Source of the DNA: Octopus sinensis
Taxonomy: Eukaryota
Reading direction: 5' to 3'
Assembly: GCF_006345805.1 (NCBI RefSeq)
Contig: NC_043006.1
Location: 44,888,001 to 44,952,000, forward strand
DNA length: 64,000 bases
The position numbers were made by a program, and so were the translations under genes. The notes below the pieces were generated by a model that searched no databases, was not told the DNA's origin, and saw only the letters and a program-made list of their open reading frames with translations. Below, piece by piece: positions 1-13,914 of this stretch. The first letter of the stretch is position 1, and each line of letters opens with the position of its first letter.

Positions 1-900
1 AGTTTAAGCAAAAACAAACAAACAAAGAAACAGAATAGGCGAATTCTTTTAGACATTACCATCAATATTTGTCGAAGGACTTCAAAATATTACCTAGTTA
101 AAATATTTTATATTTCATGGAACCAGCGGGGAACTGGTGTCCATTATATCCTCATGCGTACTCATCTAATATGTGTTTGATAATCTTTTTTAGACGAATG
201 CGCAAGAGCAGAGCTGCTGTCGGCACAACTTTTGATAAAATAATGTGCAACATTTGTCACAAAAAATTTTGAAACAAAATCAGGACTAGATAGTCATCGC
301 AGTTGAAATGCAAGAAAACGCGTTACAGTTACATATATGCAATGTTCCACTCAGGTAAAAAATTAACTCCTTGTCTATCCGAATATAAATATACGTTCAT
401 TGAAAACTCACGATAATCACCCAAACAATGACAAGACATCGGATAACTATCTCCTAAATATAACTAAAAGCAAAACGACAAGGACTAGGAAACGTAATGC
501 AAACTGGTACAATCCTCCATCCTTTCTGCTTGTTAAAACATTCCAATAAAATTCTTTGACGTCCTGAAGGAAACGTTTTCATCCCCAATACAAATATCAC
601 AAATTATTTAATACTTTCAATTAAAATTTCATATTCTACAACAGCAAAAATTTGCTGGCAATTATGTAATTTGCCATTTGGCAAATTACATAATTGCCGC
701 TAACCACCATAAACTAAGACCACAAAGCTTAAAAGAAAAGAATAATTCAACCCAATTGTTAAAAATAAATCGAAGAACTTAGTAATCAATACTGTGCATG
801 GAAACATATTTCTGCAAGAGGCATAATCCTTTCTACATAACTACACCGAGCATAAGAATAATACTAGCAAATATCATGTCACTAAGTCAACAATACACCG
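1..900 (+). mobile_element. Degenerate Penelope-like retroelement fragment (end of RT, linker, possible GIY-YIG remnant)
   Basis: Broken frames read FLDITIN, RKRNANWYNPP and KYHKLFN..IKISYST, resembling the PLE WFNPP..VKT..KISYS linker; interrupted by (TCT)n/(CTA)n. Confidence 0.5.
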
Positions 901-906
901 TTGAGG

Positions 907-1073
907 TTTCTTCTTCTTCTTCTTCTTCTTCTTCTTCTTCTTCTTCTTCTTCTTCTTCTTCTTCTTCTTCTTCTTCTTCTTCTTCTTCTTCTTCTTCTTC
1001 TTCTTCTTCTTCTTCTTCTTCTTCTTCTTCTTCTTCTTCTTCGTCTTTTTCTCCTCCTTCTCCTTCTCCACCA

Positions 1074-1131
<58 letters not shown>
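907..1131. repeat. Compound microsatellite (TCT)n + (CTA)n
   Basis: Directly visible; it generates the poly-S/K/R/L ORFs. Confidence 0.98.
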
Positions 1132-2083
1132 AGTTTTTGTACGAAGCACTGGTAACGAAGCCGGAGAAATAATAATAGAAAAGTGATAATCATAACACTC
1201 TTCACAGAATGTCCAGGTCATTAAAATTCTGTAAGAAAAGCTATAAGGATACTACAAGTAATTAACACGCCCTTTACATTATATGTGTATATCTAAATGT
1301 GTGTACGCTCCTATTTGCATATGTGTGTATGGGTGTACGCATAGACTTATACAAATGGCAAGCGCATTTCTCTATATATGTTTATAGGTGTGAGTACAGC
1401 AATATATATATATGTATTTATATATGTGTATGTACACACACACACACACACACAGACACACAGACACACACACACACATACACACACACATACACACACA
1501 CACACACATATAGAATGTTAGGTGTGGTGTACAGATGTTGAATATTGAGTAAAAAGGTCGCCAGAAGTTTGGAAAAAACTTTTATTTTTTCATTATTATT
1601 TGTCCTATTGTTCGTTTCTCGAACTTGTCAAATAGAATTTTGTGAATGTACAAACAGCTTGTTCATCTATATAAAGCAAATTTCTCTTTGTTTAGAAGAG
1701 AAGAACATTGTTTTTGCTTTTTTAGGTGAGGTTCCATGACAATGGAGATAGGTAGAAGGATAGGTAGGTAGATAGATTAATCGATAGATTGATAGATATA
1801 TGGTCAGAAGATTGACAGATAGAGAGGTAGAGAGAGAAGTTGGGAGATCCCCCTTCCTATTCCCCATTCATTTATTTATTCTGTAATTTATCATTGTATT
1901 GAAATGGGTTTTTTTTAATGGATGGTAACCTCTTCAAGAAAAACAAGAGAACGTGCTGTGGCCATCACTGAAAGTCTTTTTGCTTTCTTTCTCTCTTTTT
2001 TCCCTTTCTTCCTTTCTTTCTGTTTCTCTCTCTTTTTTTCTTTTCGTTCCTATTTTTCCACTTCTCCCTTCCTTAAGGTGCCA

Positions 2084-2129
<46 letters not shown>

Positions 2130-2176
2130 CATGTGTGCATGTGTACATATATGTGTATACATATACTTGCGTTTTG

Positions 2177-2229
<53 letters not shown>

Positions 2230-2562
2230 GTATGTATATGTATGTATGTATGTATATGTAGATATATATTTGTAAGTCTATGAGGGTTACTTAAATTCAG
2301 TTTTGAAGTGTAAAGGTGATTTTAAAAAATTGTTTTTCAAAAAATGTTATAAAATCTTTTTATCAGAAGTTACTAAATATTTTTTGGGAAAGAATTTTTT
2401 TCTAGTGTGTGAGCGTTTTCGTTTAACCTTTTCAAACTCACGTCCTCCTAAAGTTATTTTTGTAGTATTGATAGTATTAATTATTTCCGATTTATTTTCA
2501 GACTTATGGTTTTAGTCATAAATATTCTTTTACCATTGTTTATTATAAGGAGTGTTTGTTGG

Positions 2563-3110
2563 CTACATTCGGTTTAATCTCGGATTCAGAGGTCTTGTAA
2601 AGTATTCCTTTTTTGCCTTTCGTAGTTGAGCATTTTCATCGTTTATTTTGTAAAATAGGAATATTTTAAATTTTCGATTTGCATAGATATCTTGATGTTC
2701 ACTGCATAGGACATTACTAAGAGATGACTCCCTGATTTGTTGTTTATGCATATTTACACGGCTGGTCAGTTTCCTTCCTGTCTCTCCAATGTAGTTTTCA
2801 TTGCACTGTAGGCATGTAATGCAGTAGACGACATTTTGGTTTTGCAATTCATGTTTGCATTCACTTTTAATTCCTTCCAATTCTTGAGTCCCTTGCTCAA
2901 TTAATTCGCAGGTTGGTTACTTACATAATTTCTTTTTCATATGTGAAACTCGCCCTTTTTAAGAATCTCTTGAAGTTAGGTGGTTGTCTTCGACTGTTGA
3001 TAAGTTGTGATTTTAAAAATTATTCGTTGGAGATTTGGTGACTGTTGTAGAATTGGGACGCATCGTTCGGCTGAGTGCAAGATGCAGTTTCTAGGATTGT
3101 GGGTGACTAC
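2563..3110 (-). mobile_element. Penelope-like element 3' fragment with GIY-YIG endonuclease
   Basis: NVVYCITCLQCNENYIGETGRKLTSRVNMHK and the upstream THNPRN motif. Confidence 0.85.
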
Positions 3111-3182
3111 AAATGGAATATTTGTATTTGTATTTGTATATACATATATATATATACGTAAGTGTATGTCTGTATATATATA

Positions 3183-3213
<31 letters not shown>

Positions 3214-3689
3214 CGTAAGTATATGTCTGTATGTGTATGTATGTAACTATTTGCATACATATACGTATAAGTATATACGTATATATACACACACATGTAT
3301 ATATGTGTGTGTGTGCATGTTTTCGTATGTGTATATATGCTTGCATATTTGTACATGTTGGTATATGTGCGTATATATATGTACTTGTGTGTATATATGT
3401 TTATCTATAGATATATGTACATGTATTTACTTGTTTATCCGATTTGTAATGATTTTCAAACTATTGATTAATAAAGTCAAAACATAATCATAAAAGTCAT
3501 TCCTATTCATTTTTCCAACCAAACGAGGCTGTGTTTTCCAAAATGTGATCGGATTGAAAAATTGTTAAGACAGTAGGATATTTTCCTACTTTTCTTAGCA
3601 TGAAACCAATGGTAGCCTTAATTCACAGATAAAGAAATTATATCCATCAATGTGGTGTTGAACACTAATTCCCATCGTTCAACATTTAC

Positions 3690-3725
<36 letters not shown>

Positions 3726-4012
3726 TAAGTAATTAAGGGTTTAGCAACGATTTGCCTCACCACACACCGAATTTAGAAATAGCAGTCAACGAGTTATAGC
3801 TATTCTTTCTACTAAAAGGGAGATCTCAGTAAAACCACAGCACTTGAAAGGCAAACACAGACAGGCAAGAGAGAAAGAAATGACGGCAATCTATCATACA
3901 ATTTTAAGTCACCTACGGACGTACGTTTCGAAATTAAGTTTTAGGAAAGCATAAGAATTAGATAATTATGTCTTACCCAACTTCTTTTCTCATATATATA
4001 TATATATATATA

Positions 4013-5075
<1,063 letters not shown>

Positions 5076-5098
5076 GTATATATATATATATATATATA

Positions 5099-5267
5099 AT
5101 GGGCAGGTTTACGAAAATAAACAAAAGACGTAGGCAGGTGGAGTACAAACAAACGAATGTATTAGTATGGCGCTCAGGAATGGAAATAGAACAAGTCTTT
5201 TACGTTTCGAGCCTACGCTCTTCGACAGAAAGATACACAGAAAAGAAACAAGGAGAGAAAAAATGCG

Positions 5268-5299
<32 letters not shown>

Positions 5300-5638
5300 G
5301 TAAATATATGCACGTCAAGACCACCAGCCCTCTTTCACACGCACCTACGTACTCTCTTACATCTACTCACCTTCGTTTTGGGATCACTATTGTTTTGTTA
5401 CTCCCCTACTTCTTCGCCCTCCTGTGTAACCCTTCTGTCCGCAGTCGCCATGATAGATCGGTAGCCACTACACACATTTGTTTCTCTCCTTGTTTCTCTC
5501 GTTTCTTTCTGTGTTCCTGTCTGTGGAAGAGCGTAGGCTCGAAACGTTAATGACTTTTCAATCTCCGAGCGTTATACTAATACATCTGTTTGTTTTCTAC
5601 ACCACCTGTCTTCGTCTTGTGGTATTTTCGGGAATTCT

Positions 5639-5642
<4 letters not shown>
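5099..5642. repeat. Inverted pair of ~170-bp repeat copies (5099-5270 and 5470-5642), each carrying the hammerhead-like motif
   Basis: The reverse complement of the right copy aligns to the left at roughly 80% by eye. Confidence 0.8.
5196..5233 (-). ncRNA. Minimal type I hammerhead-like motif, variant core
   Basis: tcttt-CTGTCGAA-gagc/gtag/gctc-GAAA-cg-TA-aaaga: 5-bp stem I, 4-bp stem II, palindromic ACGT stem III. The core deviates from CUGANGA. Confidence 0.45.
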
Positions 5643-5682
<40 letters not shown>

Positions 5683-6406
5683 CCTACAAACACACACACA
5701 CAACACATATACGTATGTATGTATATATATTATGTGTGTGTATATATTTATATATATTTTGGTGTGCACAGGTGAAGTCCTTCTATGTGTTAAAGTGATT
5801 GCACTTCGTGAGTACAGGCTTTGTGTTAGTGCCCTTTGAATCTTATACCTCTTTACCAAATTATATAAGTTTATATTTAGTGACCTTTGACTCTTATGCT
5901 GCCTATCCTTTCACTTATTACTAGGTGTTGCCAAATTAGACTGGGCGCATGAGTTTATCACCAACTTAGTATAGAATCATACATTTACAACTCCGGTTAT
6001 CATCTTCTGGAATTGTATTAAAATACTGATCATCACCATAACTCTCTCTACCCACTTCTCTCTATTTAAACTGCCTTTTGTACACTTACTGCTTTTCTAT
6101 TTTCTTCCTCCACACGTATCTCTATATATGTATTTTTTCATTTATTTTCACTTAATTCTACACTTATCCTCATTTAAAAAAATATATTTTTCATTTTATT
6201 TTAAATATTATATATATATACATACATGCATACATACATACATACATACATACATACATACATACATACATACATACATACATAAATATAATATAACGGT
6301 TAAATTTAAAATTTAAAAATAGGATAAAATCTTTATAAGAATTTATCAAGTAGTTACCATGAAAGACCTCGTAAGGGAAAGATTATAATTAATTCCCTTT
6401 AAAATA

Positions 6407-6475
6407 TATTTATTTATATTAAGGGCATTACTACACTAGAATTCTAGTATAGTAATGCCCTTAATATAAATAAAT

Positions 6476-6476
<1 letters not shown>
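6407..6476. repeat. 70-bp near-perfect palindrome with no loop
   Basis: 35-bp arms centred on GAA|TTC at 6441/6442, one mismatch. Confidence 0.9.
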
Positions 6477-6516
<40 letters not shown>

Positions 6517-6543
6517 TACACACACACACACACACAAATATAT

Positions 6544-6678
6544 ATATTAAACTATGGTTGCACAATTAAATGAGACAAATATATTAAACTATGGTTGCAG
6601 AACAAATAAATATAAGGTCATCCACGTAACATTTCGTATCTCGAACATTTAATCACATAGTGCTTTTTCTTTCACATA
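6544..6678. mobile_element. Single arm of the foldback element seen at 51300-51582
   Basis: Shares attaaactatggttgcagaac...tcgaacatttaatcacata.tgctttttctttcacata with that element. Confidence 0.75.
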
Positions 6679-6712
6679 GAATACATGCACAAATATATAT
6701 GTGTATTTATAT

Positions 6713-6781
<69 letters not shown>

Positions 6782-6833
6782 CATACATACATACATACAT
6801 TACATACATACATACATACATATACATACATAC

Positions 6834-6909
<76 letters not shown>

Positions 6910-8477
6910 CATACATACATACATACTCTAAAACCACATAAAAAAATATTGGTTTTAGAGTCAAGTTTTGACTGCTATCTCTAGCATGATGGTACCTTTT
7001 AGATACCCTTAATTATAATTTTAATAATTATTAACTATGAAGTTTTTATTCTCATGCTAGCCATTTGATATGATTGGTATTTAAAAAAACGATCTTATTT
7101 ATATAAACTTATATATATATATATATATATAAAGGACGCGTTTCTTTCAGGTTCTGTCTACCAGAACAATTCACAAGGTTTTGGTCGGCCCGAGGCTAGA
7201 ATAGAAGATATTTTCCCAATATTTTTGATTGCCTCATTTTTTCAGATGTGGGTGAGTGTGTGTGTTATATTATACTGTATTTAATTCTGAAGTTGCATAC
7301 GAGATCGTTACAGTATTATTGAATTTCGAGCAACTCTGAAAACACTGGATAACGATTCTCAATTGTTTTTTCAGGGATACATATTTTTCACATGGAAAAA
7401 CCTCCTACATCAAAACTACTCAGTTGTGATTAAGCACCACACTAATTCCGTATAAAAGTTGTTAAAAGTATTGGAAAATCATCTATTTCAAATATTTCTA
7501 TACCAGAAACATATCGAAACTCTTGTTATGACCTTGCAATATTATTACGATGCAAATATAACAGAATACTCACTCAGTTGACGTCTAAGTGACTTGACCA
7601 TATGATACCTCTGCCAAAACATTTATTCGATGGATATTTTGTTATATTAGAGTGTTGTATATTCATCTAATTCCAGATTTATTTGGTTTAAGATCTCGTG
7701 GTTTAAAGTGTAATGTAAAACAGCTTAAGACACAAAGTATTAATTCAATGGCGTACATGTTGACTATCCTCTGAAAATTAAAATTCAAGGACTATACCCA
7801 TAGCTGCGAGGTAGCCGCTATCAGAAACCTATCTCCCCAATGCATTGAACAGTTAGATTTATGTAAGTGCCATTAATGTTGATAGTTTGCTGTTGCATGA
7901 AATAGAAATGCTGTAAGTTTGACATTGGTTTCGTAGGCTTTTAATCGATTTTTAATTGTTCCTGTTGGTAAAAATTGAAACATGGTTTTCCTTAATATAC
8001 TATGTAAAACTAACCAACGGTATTCAGATGACTAAATGAGCTAAAGCATGGTCCACATATAAATGACTTTAGGATTATATTATCAAGTTGTCCCTTTCTA
8101 AAGTTATTCATACTAATTTTAGTAAAATCAAGCAATATTGCATTTGAACTATTTAAAAAATCTCAATAAATGAAAGTTAAAAAAACTTAACCTTGTATTT
8201 TATTTTCATGATGTTAATAAAGTAAGTGCAAGAAGTACACTGCGGTACAGAGTTAATCAACATTCCTTTTATTCAATAATTATTTGCCCTTAAACTTCTG
8301 CGTATTCAGCACTAATTAAATGTATTACACTACTCAGTTTCGGTTTTCTCGATTCCATAACCAAAATCCATCAGTATTGGCTTTGCTTTTCAGTATTTCT
8401 TGCTCGAAGAAATAATTATTATTAATATATGGGAATTATTTCCCGTTCTCTAAAAACTGCTCCTATTTCTTTCTTTA

Positions 8478-8878
8478 TTTTACTTGTTTCAGTCATTTGA
8501 GTGCGGCCATGCTGGAGCACCGCCTTTAGTCGAGCAAATTGACCCCGGGACTTATTCTTTGTAAGCCCAGTACTTATTCTATCGGTCTCTTTTTGCCGAA
8601 CCGCTAAGTGACGGAGACGTAAACACACCAGCATCGGTTGTCAAGCAATGCTAGGGGCCAAACACAGACATACAAACACACATACATACATATATATATA
8701 TATATACATATATACGACAGGCTTCTTTCAGTTTCCGTCTACCAAATCCACTCACAAGGCATTGGTCGGCCCGGGGCTATAGCAGAAGACACTTGTCCAA
8801 GATGCCACGCAGTGGGACTGAACCCTGAACCATGTAGTTGGTTAGCAAGCTACTTACCACACAGCCACTCCTGCGCCT
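8478..8878 (-). mobile_element. tRNA-derived SINE family A (head gtggctgtgtggtaag, internal microsatellite)
   Basis: Reverse-complement match to the plus-strand copies at 9138 and 9788; A/B-box-like head. Confidence 0.85.
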
Positions 8879-9137
8879 ATGTTTATGTAATAAATTCTTA
8901 TTGACTGCAGCTTATTCAAAATCTAATTGTTACACTGTTATATTATTTCAGTGCTTCAACGTGGCGAGCTGGTGGAATCGTTAACGAATTGGAGAATGTG
9001 CTTAGTAGCATTTTTCCGGCTTTTTACGATCTGGGTTCAAACTCCGCTGAGGTCGACTTTGCCTTTCAACCTTTTGGGAATTGAACACAACCCCTCTCTT
9101 AAAATTGTTAGTCTTGTGTAAAAATTTGAAACTATTA

Positions 9138-9306
9138 GGCTGTGGCTGTGTGGTAAGTAGCTTGCCTACCAGCCACATGGTTCTGGGTTCAGTCCCACTG
9201 CGTGGCACCTTGTTTCAGTTTCCGTCTTCTACTATAGCCTCGGGCCGACCAAAGCCTTGTGAGTGGATTTGGTAGACGGAAACTAAAAGACGCCCGTCGT
9301 ATATAT

Positions 9307-9346
<40 letters not shown>

Positions 9347-9560
9347 ATGTTTGTGTGTCTGTGTTTCTCTCCCCCAACATCGCTTGACAACCGATGCTGG
9401 TGTGTTTACGTCCCCGTAACTTAGCGGTTCGGCAAAAGAGATCCGATAGAATAAGTAGTAGGCTCACAAAGAATAAGTCCTAGGGTCGATTTTCTCGACT
9501 AAAGGCGGTGCTCCAGCATGGCCGAGTCAAATGACTGAAACAAAAGTGTAAAAGAGTATT
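9138..9560 (+). mobile_element. SINE family A
   Basis: Same head, body and gactgaaacaa tail; internal (TA)n/(TG)n. Confidence 0.85.
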
Positions 9561-9787
9561 ATTTTACTGATTTGCATATGTGAGTTGATTTTGACTTAGC
9601 ACTTTCCAGTAACAATAAGAGAAGCGTCGGTAATATTATGGGGCTCAATCTATTAATCATGTTATCCACTCTTAATGCAAAATGCTATGTTGTTATGACG
9701 AAATCTTCAAAGTCAGAAGTAATCTAATAATTAGACCTATTCAATATATTATACATGTTTCCTCTTATGGAAAGATATCGTACGTAT

Positions 9788-10205
9788 AGGCGCAGGAGTG
9801 GGTGTGTGGTAAGTAGCTTGATTACCAACCACATTGGTTCCGGGTTTAGTCGCACTGCGTGGCACCTTGGGCATGTGTCTTCTACTATAGCCTCGAGCCG
9901 AGAAAAGTCTTGTGAGTGGATTTGGTAGACGGAAACTGAAACAAGCCCGTCGTATATATGTATATATATATATATATGTGTGTGTGTTTGTCTGTCTGTG
10001 TTTGTCTCCCCCAACATCGCTTGACAACCGATGCTGGTGTGTTTACGTTCCCTTAACTAAGTGGTTCGGCAAAAGAGATCCGATAGAATAAGTAGTAGGC
10101 TCACAAAGAATAAGTCCTAGGGTCGATTTTCTCGACTAAAGGCGGTGCTCCAGCATGGCCGAGTCAAATGGCTAAAACAAGTAAAAGAGTAAAAGAGAGT
10201 AAAGG
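9788..10205 (+). mobile_element. SINE family A
   Basis: Full copy. Further full or partial copies at about 12950-13135, 14050-14490(-), 16790-16975, 20560-20724, 42500-42930, 43680-43985(-), 55855-56270(-), 58920-59420, 59630-59725, 60040-60240(-), 60435-60590. Confidence 0.85.
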
Positions 10206-10229
10206 GAGTATAAAACGCTATCACATGGC

Positions 10230-10425
10230 AATGATAGTGATGACTACGGCGATGATGATTAAAATGATGGACATGGACGACGGCACTGACAAGTAGAAGA
10301 CGTCGATGACGAGAATGTTGATGATGATGATGACGATAATGACTGTATGATGATGATGATGACGACGATGACTGTGATGATGGTGGTGATGATGATGATG
10401 ACGTGACAACGACGACGACGATATA
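10230..10425. repeat. Compound (GAT)n/(GAC)n microsatellite
   Basis: Directly visible; source of the poly-His/Ser ORFs. Confidence 0.95.
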
Positions 10426-10466
10426 CCTGTAGATAATCACTATTAGACATACGATTTTAATTGCTA

Positions 10467-10472
10467 TTTATT
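10467..10472 (-). promoter_or_regulatory. Candidate polyadenylation signal AATAAA of the VWA gene
   Basis: AATAAA about 22 nt after the stop. The region is AT-rich, so chance occurrence is possible. Confidence 0.4.
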
Positions 10473-10493
10473 GTGATACATTCAAAAGATTTG

Positions 10494-11077
10494 TTAATCA
10501 TTTTTAATGACCTCAACGCGACAAACTTTTGTAAAAAGAGCTTTTTCTATGGTCTTTAAAGTAGAATAACTTGCAGTTCTGAACACTTTATCATCTGCAC
10601 CTGCAATCATTCGTAGCTCTGAAGGTTTCACCGCCGGCCCGATTCCAATAGTAAAGATCGCAATATCTGTTTTATGGATAGCTGCAGACTCACGGGCCGT
10701 CTTCTCTGGACTCTGTGCTTGTCCATCTGTAATGACAATGAGAATATGTGGCACACCATCACGACCGCCATTTGCTTTGGTAAAGCCTTCCTCGCGAATA
10801 AGCTTCAGGGCATCTCCAGTGTTTGTGTCGCCATGGTTCCGGTTAATACTAAGAACAGCATTCTCCAGATCCTTCGATTTCGAAAACTGGTTCAGTTTTA
10901 TCCGATATATAACATTGCTACTGAATGTAACCACTCCGATTTGTGTGGCATTAATGCCAATTACACTGTCTCTTATGAACGAAATCAAGAAACTTAGCTG
11001 TATTCCAAAATCATCATCATAAATACTGGTTGACTCGTCTAACAGAAAGATAATATCAGATGGATGCACTCCACACA
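10494..11077 (-). CDS. VWA gene last exon: von Willebrand factor A domain 2 plus stop
   Basis: Acceptor atattgcag|, phase 1; SDIIFLLDESTS, GDTNT, VITDG; open to TAA at 10494-10496. The spliced product is 408 aa. Confidence 0.88.
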
Positions 11078-12080
11078 CTGCAATATCAAAAAAGCATCAA
11101 ATATAAGAAGCGATAAAACAAACATAACTTAATTATTAAACGTATGGATATATATTACATTTTGAAATTTCCTGACTGGATGACTGAAAGCGAAAATTTT
11201 GAGTCAAATATCTGCGTCTCTAAAAGAATAGAGGAGATAATTTCAGGTATGAAACACGAGTTTATTTACAGACAAAGGGCAGCTTGATATTTGTTAACGG
11301 TAAGGGACAAATATGTATATATGCACCTGTCTGTTAGCAACCTAGTTCTTTTTCTAGATATAAAAATGCATCTGGAAGCAAGGTGAGACTGTACAATGAT
11401 GATGACGTCAAACAAACCGAAACATATATACATAGTTTACCATTTTATATAACAAAGATCGAAATATTCTTTCCCTAACATGCAAATTAACTTATGAAAT
11501 TTATTCTTAACATCCTGAAATTAACTCTCGGTCTTGCTTAAGGATCGCTTATAATTGCTGTCAGATTTCTGTTTTCCGTCTCTCATTCAAAGGAAAATTT
11601 CCAAAATTTGTTTCAAGTTTTGGTATAAATTTAGCAATTTTATTTATTTTTTGGGCGATGGGCGGGTTAGTCGATTACATGTCATAGTACTTGAGTAATA
11701 TTTTATTTTATCGATCTCGAAATGATGAAAGGCGAAGATGACCTAGAGGAGATTTGAACTCAGAATATAAACAACCAGAAGTACCGCTAACCATTTTCGT
11801 CTGACGCCCTAAGATTCTATCAGTTCACCATCTTAAAATTTTCAAATTTCCCCCGAAAATTTTGTGCGGCATTCAGGACATAGTCTTCTGCCTAATCCAA
11901 ATTCATACTTCTTTGCGCTATATACCTAAGCCCTTTTTATTTTATAGATATCTAAACACTATTTGTTTTACCTTGTTTGTTATATAATTTTAACTTTAAA
12001 GTTGTTTCTAAATGACCCCAAATTACCAAACCTTTTTATGATCTTGAAAGGAAAAAAGAAATCGGAAATATGAAACAAAC

Positions 12081-12641
12081 CTTTGATACAAACGTTTTTA
12101 ATGATTTCAGATGTTAAAGCTTTAAGGGCATCAAAATTATCGATGTGGAATATATTAGTTGGTTTCGATGCTATAGCTTTCAACTCATCCGTATCAACAC
12201 TTGGTCCTATGCCAATAGTGAAAACTCGAAGAGGGTCTTTATGTAGGATTTTGGCTGCTTCTATAGTTTTCTTCTTTTCATTAGATCCACCATCAGTAAT
12301 CATAATAACAATTTTGGGCACACCAATTCGTCCTCCATTGTCTGTAGTGAATATTTCTTGACGGATATGATCCAATGCTAACCAAGTGTGAGTCCTGCCA
12401 CCAAGATATAAAATATCTGAAATAGCCTTTTGCATTTCTGCTTTAGTTTTATATGCATTCAAATTGAATTCTGTCTGGACAGTGGTACTGAAGGTGACCA
12501 CTGCTATTCTAATGGTTCCATTGTCGATATCCATACCTTCAGTAAAATTATTCACAAAAGCTAATTGTTGCTTGAATTGAGCAGGATACATGCTAGTAGA
12601 GCAGTCTAGGAGGAAAACAATATCGGCTGGGTTATCGCATT
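12081..12641 (-). CDS. VWA gene exon 2 (561 nt): von Willebrand factor A domain 1
   Basis: Acceptor tctttacag|, donor AAAG|gtttgt, phase 1-1; ADIVFLLDCSTS (DxSxS), GGRTHT, MITDG; flanking Cys at both domain ends. Confidence 0.92.
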
Positions 12642-13162
12642 CTGTAAAGATAGAAAATATTATATAAATATAAATGCAAAAAGAAAAAAAGAAAATAGTG
12701 AAATCACTATGAATAAATTTCTTATTAATAAGCGGATTTTTAATTAACATCGTTATACATAATGAGAAATATAAATCTGACGAACATGAACAATCTAGAA
12801 TGCTATAATGATTTTAATTTTCTTTGTTTTTATCAAAGAAGTTTGTTATTTTAGAGTACAAACATGTACAATATATACTACAGACACTACACACTCAAAA
12901 GTGTATATACACACATGACTATGTGTATCTTTATGTCTATGTTTATTCTTCTACTGTCGCTTGACAATCGGTGTCCGTTTGTTTGCGTCCCCATACGTTT
13001 GCGGTTCATCAAAAGAGAGCGATACAATAAGTGTCAAATTTTAAGAGAAAAGCACTGGGATCGATTTGTTCGACCGTACCCTTCAAGGCAGCGCCCCCGC
13101 GTAGCCGCACTCCAATGACTGGAACAAGTAAAAATAATATATATATATATATATATTTATAT

Positions 13163-13223
<61 letters not shown>

Positions 13224-13236
13224 ATACATAAAATAA

Positions 13237-13486
13237 TAAATAAATGCGCCCTTTTAAAGCCTAGCCAGGCTTATGGGCCCAGTTTCCCGCTTTCTATGGC
13301 GTATGTGTTCCCCAGATGGACGGGACTCCAGACCATCAAAACGTTACTCATTTTTGCCAGCTGAGTGGACTGGAGCAACGTGAAATGAAGTGTTTTGCTC
13401 AAGAACACAACGCGTCGCCCGGTCCAGCAATCGAAACCACAATCTTCCGATCATGATGCTGACACACCAACCACTAAGCCACGCGC

Positions 13487-13490
<4 letters not shown>
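13237..13490 (-). mobile_element. tRNA-derived SINE (central domain tttcacgttgctccagtccactcagctg); sister copy at 61925-62180
   Basis: The two copies align over their length; tRNA-like head gtggcttagtggttgg...ttcgatt. Confidence 0.8.
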
Positions 13491-13535
<45 letters not shown>

Positions 13536-13550
13536 TATATATATATTGTT

Positions 13551-13914
13551 ATATTATTATTAAGTTTGAAAACGGAGAGATCTAATGGAAACAAATTAAT
13601 TTATCAATTAATTAACATTTTCACTTACAACTGTTTCATTTTTAAACCAAAATTAAAATTACAAAGCATATATAAATATATAATATATATTGGAGTATTC
13701 CAACGAATCATAATGTAATCATTGTATTGTCATTTTGTACTCCCTGATGTCATTCCATCCAAGGTATTTTAAAATACAAGGTTATATATTTATATATGTT
13801 TTGTACTTGTAATTTTGGTTGAGAAATGAAACAAATATAGGTGAAGGTGTTAATTAATTAATAAATTAATTTGTATCCATTAGATCTCCCCGCTTTTAAA
13901 CTTAATAATAATAT
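13551..13914. mobile_element. Foldback/MITE-like element with ~130-bp inverted arms, in VWA intron 1
   Basis: 13551-13680 versus the reverse complement of 13785-13914, roughly 80% identical by eye. Confidence 0.75.

Noticed and set aside
798-1205. Poly-S/K/R/L ORFs, and the many YIYI/THTH/CVCV/NNN ORFs throughout the window
   Set aside because: Translations of (TCT)n, (TA)n, (CA)n and (AAT)n microsatellites; no splice or homology support.
10755-10775. Possible integrin-binding RGD in VWA domain 2
   Set aside because: The sequence reads GGRDGVP (RDG), a common VWA loop, not RGD.
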